Shown here: positions 59,369 to 64,000 of the stretch, one piece after another | Layout of the letters: each line of letters opens with the position of its first letter | Position numbering within the stretch: the first letter of the stretch is position 1 | Assembly (NCBI GenBank): GCA_028717685.1 | Contig: JAQUNI010000001.1 | Coordinates: 399,451 to 463,450 of the forward strand | Source of the DNA: Patescibacteria group bacterium | Lineage (GTDB): Bacteria; Patescibacteriota; JAQUNI01 | Reading direction: 5' to 3' | Length of the DNA stretch: 64,000 bases | Made by a program: the position numbers and the translations under genes | The notes under the pieces: model-generated | Databases searched by the model: none | What the model was told of the DNA's origin: nothing | Seen by the model: only the letters and a program-made list of their open reading frames with translations

Positions 59369-60898
59369 TTAGTTTTCATGCTGGCGATATTGCAGAGCTT
59401 CGGCAATATGTTCGCTTTTAATATGTTCCGCGTCTTCTAAATCCGCGATAGTCCGCGCCAACCGCAAAATGCGGTAATAGGAACGGGCAGAGAGATGGAA
59501 ACTCTCCACCGCGTTCTTTAAAAGCGCGCGGGAAGTGGAATCTAAAACGCAAAACCCGCGAATCTCGGGGTTGCCCATCTCGCCATTGGCTATAATTCTC
59601 TGCTTCTGCTGACTATTTTTAAACCGCTCTTCTTGAATGGCGCGCGCTTTTTGCACCCGCTCCCGCACGAGGGCGGAGCTTTCGGCTAACTCTTCACTCG
59701 CCAATTTTTCATATTTTACCCGCGGCACTTCTAAGTGCAGGTCAATACGGTCAAGAAGGGGACCCGAAATTCTTTTTTGGTAGCGGATGATTTCACTCGG
59801 CGAACAAACGCAGGGTCGCTCTGGATCGGATAAATAGCCGCAGGGACAAGGATTCATCGCGGCGACGAGCGTAAATTTGGCTGGAAAAGACATGGAACCT
59901 TGAGCGCGGGAAATCGTGATTACGCCGTCTTCCAGGGGCTGCCTTAAATTTTCCAAAACATTGCGGGAAAACTCCGGAAATTCGTCCAGAAAAAGGACGC
60001 CTCGGTGGGCTAAACTAATTTCTCCGGGTTTGGGATAAGCGCCGCCTCCCACCAGAGAAACCCCCGAAGCGGTATGGTGCGGAGCGCGGAAAGGACGCTC
60101 CAAAATTAATGGTTTATCCTTGGGGAGCAGACCCGAGACAGAATAAATCCGCGTTACTTCTAAAGCTTCAATCAAGGTCATTTTCGGTAAAATAGATGGA
60201 AAAGAACGAGCAAGCAGGGTTTTACCGCTCCCGGGCGGTCCGTTCATCAAGATATTATGCCCGCCCGCGGCGGCAATTTCCAGAGCCCTTTTGACATGCT
60301 CCTGACCGTGGACACAGGCAAAATCAACCTCATAAAGAGCATTGGTTTCTAAATTCTTTAAATTCAAAGGCGCCACAGGCGTGATAGAATTTATTCCCTC
60401 CAAATGGTCTTTCAACCCTAGAAGATTAGCCACCGGATAAACATTTAAACCGCGCACGAGCGCCGCTTCTTTAGCGTTTTCCTCGGGCACGAATAATTCC
60501 ATAAAACCCTCGCGCTTCGCCTCAATCGCGATGGATAAAACGCCGTTCACGGGACGCACCTCTCCTTTTAAGGAAAGTTCGCCCACAAAAAGCTTTTCTT
60601 TGGTATCAAAACCCAGCTGTCCCGTGGTGGAAAGAAGGCTTAAAGCAATCGGCAGGTCATAGGCAGGACCTTCTTTTTTTAAATCCGCGGGAGCCAGATT
60701 CACGGTTATCCTTTGCCTGGGGAAGGCAAGACCCGAATTCTTAATCGCGGAGAAGACTCGGTCCCGCGATTCAGAGACCGCCGCGTCCGGCAAGCCCACT
60801 ACTGAAAAACGGAACATTCCTCGACTCACATCGGATTCCACCTCCACAAGCTCCGAGGATAAACCGATAACGGAACAAGAGTGAATTTTAGTGAGCAT
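59369..60898 (-). CDS. comM: YifB/ComM Mg-chelatase-like AAA+ ATPase
   Basis: VNLAPAD, GPPGSGKT, RAPHH, LDEFPEF, NPCPCG, SGPLLDRID. Confidence 0.96.
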   Translation of the reverse strand: MLTKIHSCSVIGLSSELVEVESDVSRGMFRFSVVGLPDAAVSESRDRVFSAIKNSGLAFPRQRITVNLAPADLKKEGPAYDLPIALSLLSTTGQLGFDTKEKLFVGELSLKGEVRPVNGVLSIAIEAKREGFMELFVPEENAKEAALVRGLNVYPVANLLGLKDHLEGINSITPVAPLNLKNLETNALYEVDFACVHGQEHVKRALEIAAAGGHNILMNGPPGSGKTLLARSFPSILPKMTLIEALEVTRIYSVSGLLPKDKPLILERPFRAPHHTASGVSLVGGGAYPKPGEISLAHRGVLFLDEFPEFSRNVLENLRQPLEDGVITISRAQGSMSFPAKFTLVAAMNPCPCGYLSDPERPCVCSPSEIIRYQKRISGPLLDRIDLHLEVPRVKYEKLASEELAESSALVRERVQKARAIQEERFKNSQQKQRIIANGEMGNPEIRGFCVLDSTSRALLKNAVESFHLSARSYYRILRLARTIADLEDAEHIKSEHIAEALQYRQHEN

Positions 60899-61059
60899 AA
60901 AATAGAAATTTCTAATTTTAAATTTTCAATTTCTATTAAATTTCTAATGACTAAATTTTCAAACCCCGTTAGAAATGAAAAATTTCTAAACGGGGCAAAC
61001 AGTTTAAAAATTAATTCATTGAAAATTTAATGAAAATTGAAAATTGAAAATTTTTCAAA

Positions 61060-61530
61060 TTACGCCCTGCGAATTGCCTTTACTAATAAAATCACTACTC
61101 CTGCAACAATCATTATATCCGCGACATTAAACACCGGCCAAAATGCCAAGTTCAAATAATCTATCACATAACCAAAGCGGAGGCGGTCAAGCACGTTAGA
61201 GAACGCGCCTGCTCCCAACAGCACTAAACCGCAAAGAGAGGAAAAATCTTTTTTTTGCCAAAATTTCCGCCCCCAGTAATATAAAAACACGCAAAGCAAT
61301 GCCGTAATTAAATAAAAAAACACGACAGACCACGCGCCATCGCTGGACGGGGCGGGCAGGGGAATCCCGAAAGCAATGCCGTAATTACGGTAAAATTCCA
61401 AAGAAAAAAAATGACCTAAAATAAAAAAATTGGGTCTGCCCGCGAGAACATAGCCAGCCCAATTTTTTAAAATTTGGTCTAAGATGAATAACCCTCCCGC
61501 CAGTGCAAAACACCACTTAAGTTTGCGCAT
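61060..61530 (-). CDS. lspA: Lipoprotein signal peptidase II
   Basis: DQILK, NYGIAFG, NVLDR, VIDY, FNVAD. Confidence 0.94.
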   Translation of the reverse strand: MRKLKWCFALAGGLFILDQILKNWAGYVLAGRPNFFILGHFFSLEFYRNYGIAFGIPLPAPSSDGAWSVVFFYLITALLCVFLYYWGRKFWQKKDFSSLCGLVLLGAGAFSNVLDRLRFGYVIDYLNLAFWPVFNVADIMIVAGVVILLVKAIRRA

Positions 61531-61631
61531 AAAAATATAGGAATGAGTAAAACGTAATGGATAATGTGTAATTTATCAGCCTGCAACCCACTATTCTCTT
61601 ATTGCGCATTACGGGTATTACGCATTGCACA

Positions 61632-62093
61632 TCATTTCTTCTGCGCGCATTCTAAACAAATCGGCGCCCTCGGAAAAACCTCCAACCTTTTTGGATTGAT
61701 CGGCTGCGCGCATTTTTCGCAGATGCCATAAGTGCCTGCCTTCATTTTGGCTAGGGCATTGTTAATCTTAAGCAGGTCCACCTCCAGAGTGCCATGCAGC
61801 GCCAACCGATCATAGTATTCAGTCACCTCCATCGCGTTTTCATCAGGCTTAGTGCCGAAAGAGGGGAATTTAGCGTCATAATCACCCTTTACCTTTTTAT
61901 CTTTAACCGCGATTTTCTTTAATTCCTTCTCAAGCTCTTTTTTGTCTTGCTCTAATTTCTTCCTTAATTCCTTGAGCACCTTTCCTTTTAATCCCGCATT
62001 TTTAGGCTTCTTATCCTTATTGCCTAAGATATCGGGAAATTTTGGTTTAGGAATTTTAGTAAAATCTAGTTTGGGGATCTTGGGGAATTTCAT
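61632..62093 (-). CDS. TraR/DksA C4 zinc-finger protein
   Basis: GTYGICEKC...RLEVFP...CLEC; N-terminal KxP repeats. Confidence 0.9.
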   Translation of the reverse strand: MKFPKIPKLDFTKIPKPKFPDILGNKDKKPKNAGLKGKVLKELRKKLEQDKKELEKELKKIAVKDKKVKGDYDAKFPSFGTKPDENAMEVTEYYDRLALHGTLEVDLLKINNALAKMKAGTYGICEKCAQPINPKRLEVFPRAPICLECAQKK

Positions 62094-62399
62094 AAAATTA
62101 GTTTTTTATTTTTAGTCCTGCAACCTTAATCTAAGTTTATAATACCCGACAAGAAAAGGCAAGGATTAAATTTTTAATTTTTAATTTTCATTAAATTTTC
62201 AAGAAATTAATTTTTAAACCTCTTTTATTTCCTAATTAGTATAGGTTTCTTTAAATTGCGAAACCCACCCCCCCCCCCTGCCTTGAGCGGGGAGGCAAGA
62301 GGGGGTGGGAGCTCCAATGCCCCACCTACAGTCTCTAGAGGGAGGAATATTTTATGATTTTGGAAGTTTTCATAATGCACACTAGGCTTTTTAAAAAAA

Positions 62400-62982
62400 A
62401 TAAACAAAAAAACAGCCTTATCCAAATTAAGCCTGTCTTCTTTTAAGAGAAACAGGGGCAAGATAGCCCGCGATATATATTGTTTAAGGGGGCATCTGCC
62501 CCTGTGTTAGATTGGAATACTCCAACCTCGACCCCAAAATACCAAAAGGTAAATGAGGTCGATTGGAATTCCAGTCTTTTTTTTGGCTGTAGTGGTCAAC
62601 TACTGGCCGTCTTCTACTACTGACCTCCCTTGCGGGAGATTCTTTTCCGCTTTTAAGTACAAAGAGCTATTTTTTGGACTGCACCCTGAAATTCAATAAC
62701 TTCCAGCTGAATTTAAGGCGTTATCAAACTTTAGGGCGCAGTCCATTTTGTAGTTTTTGTTTTTGTTTTTGCTATTGACCTAGAATAGCGAATTTTTAGA
62801 GTAGCAGAAGAAAAACCCAATCACAAATAGGGGGAACTTGTGATTGGAGTTCTCTCCACTACTCTATAAACAAAACAGAAAATTGATTGTCTGTGTTTAT
62901 AAATGTACCCTCTTTTTATTCAATTTTTCTGGCTTCGTCTAGCTTTGCCAGATCTTTATGACCAGATCTCGCAGAGCGAGAC
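62400..62982 (-). ncRNA. Candidate ~580-nt non-coding RNA made of tandem long hairpins
   Basis: Consensus promoter upstream, terminator downstream, no long ORF, G-U pairs favour the minus strand. Confidence 0.6.
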
Positions 62983-62989
62983 TATATCC

Positions 62990-63018
62990 AGTATAGCATA
63001 GAAAAAATCCCATGTCAA
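62990..63018 (-). promoter_or_regulatory. Sigma-70 promoter
   Basis: TTGACA-17-TATACT with TG extended -10. Confidence 0.8.
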
Positions 63019-63022
63019 TCCG

Positions 63023-63168
63023 TGTGGATAACTAAAAAACCCAATTAAAGCCTATTCTTCAATAATAAGTTGTTTCAGCCTAAAATAAACAAAACAATCA
63101 ATATTTTTCCCTTTTCCCTTCCTTATTTTTCCTTTTAAACAGTGGATAAACTGTGCACAACTGGATAA
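63023..63168. promoter_or_regulatory. DnaA-box cluster
   Basis: TGTGGATAA (63023), AGTGGATAA (63141), TGTGCACAA (63152), ACTGGATAA (63160). Confidence 0.6.
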
Positions 63169-63269
63169 GCGAAAAACTAAAAGTAAAAAGTTAAAAGTGG
63201 AGATTCAAATTTGTCAATTTGCAATTTAAAATCACAACTTTGCACTTTGAATTTTGAACTTTTAACTTG

Positions 63270-64000
63270 CTACATTTCCCCCCAAACCTTTATCAAAATC
63301 CCATCTCGCGCGTTGCGGCTTGAGCCTTGCAATTTTTTGAAGCCCGAAAGGACATTCGCCTGACCTGCTTCGGTTAACTTTTCCAAATCAAGATAAAACC
63401 ATTCATCAGCGTTGGAGAATGATTTCTGTAAAGGATCCTCTTGGGGCTCGCGAAAAGAAGAAATTACTTTCTGAAAAATCTCCTCGGAGTCGCTGACAAT
63501 GAGCCTGTCGGCTAAATAACCATAAAACAAATTGCGCTTGAGGTTTAAAGCAATTATATCGGTTTGAATGCCCGCCACTTCTTTTTGTTCGGGAAGCGCT
63601 TCATCCGGAAGAACGTATTCCGTAATTGCGCTGCCATCCGGCAATATCACTTCTTCTTCTTGAGGTTGGTTGGCAACAGCGAGGCTTTTTAAAATTGCCG
63701 CCAATCTTGGAAGCGCTGTTTCATCTTCCGCGCTTTTAGACACAATTAAGGCAGTGGTTAGGGTCTTGTCTATTTTACGATCAACGATAAGCTCAAGGTC
63801 TCCCAAGGCGAGAGACTTCAGCTCCGCCATCTTGTTGGTTGCCTCGAGATTTTTCCGAATTAACCCATCGGGATCCAGAAAAGACCAGAAAAAACTCTGA
63901 AAGGGAGTATCCCCCAAGACAAACCGGGCATCACCCGCGGGAAAACGCGCTACCAGCAAAGGATCGGAAGGAATAAATCTCGACCAGGAAGCTTCGGATT
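63270..64000 (-). CDS. Hypothetical protein (DUF3352-like), 5' end outside the window
   Basis: Long open frame; YGYLADRLIVSDS pattern. Confidence 0.65.
   Translation of the reverse strand, partial: SEASWSRFIPSDPLLVARFPAGDARFVLGDTPFQSFFWSFLDPDGLIRKNLEATNKMAELKSLALGDLELIVDRKIDKTLTTALIVSKSAEDETALPRLAAILKSLAVANQPQEEEVILPDGSAITEYVLPDEALPEQKEVAGIQTDIIALNLKRNLFYGYLADRLIVSDSEEIFQKVISSFREPQEDPLQKSFSNADEWFYLDLEKLTEAGQANVLSGFKKLQGSSRNARDGILIKVWGEM

Noticed and set aside
62225-62461. 78-aa ORF containing LPPPLASPLKAGG (likewise 35040..35255 and 51161..51409)
   Set aside because: Read-through of the intergenic C/G-rich repeat with no other coding evidence.
62400-62982. RNase P, tmRNA, SRP or 6S identity for the non-coding region
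   Set aside because: No GAGGAAAGTCC, no tRNA-like ends and no SRP loop motif recognised; left as an unknown RNA.
1-64000. Alternative genetic code (TGA=Gly, as in Gracilibacteria)
   Set aside because: Conserved genes are full-length under code 11 and TGA ends several at expected positions (e.g. ymdB, DHH).

Overview
A 64-kb chromosomal segment from a reduced-genome bacterium, very likely Patescibacteria/CPR (Parcubacteria-like). This is inferred from gene content, the TrmB, DUF5663 and short-SMC families, the monoderm-type type IV pilus cluster and the AT-rich palindromic spacers. The backbone carries housekeeping genes (clpP, gyrA, rpsA, tilS, ftsH, gpmI, hup, ymdB, rny, rpmF, nusB, rnc, smc, rpsP, comM, lspA), four tRNAs, a pilB-C/minor pilin/pilM-N-O cluster, an ECF sigma pair and a two-component pair. 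Interleaved is a second class of about 17 accessory genes, mostly exported, with strong Shine-Dalgarno sites and often boxA-like elements, which the inspected core genes lack. This class includes two tandem radical SAM enzymes with signal peptides, a dual cell-wall hydrolase lipoprotein, and a 10-kb divergent island encoding pilin/chaperone-like proteins plus a secretin fused to an outer-membrane-type beta-barrel. Also present are a promoter-to-terminator ~580-nt non-coding array of long hairpins, two tRNA 3' fragments carrying equivalent 40-nt double-hairpin inserts, and several small palindromic repeat families that insert in-frame into proteins. All family assignments were made by eye from motifs; no database search was run.
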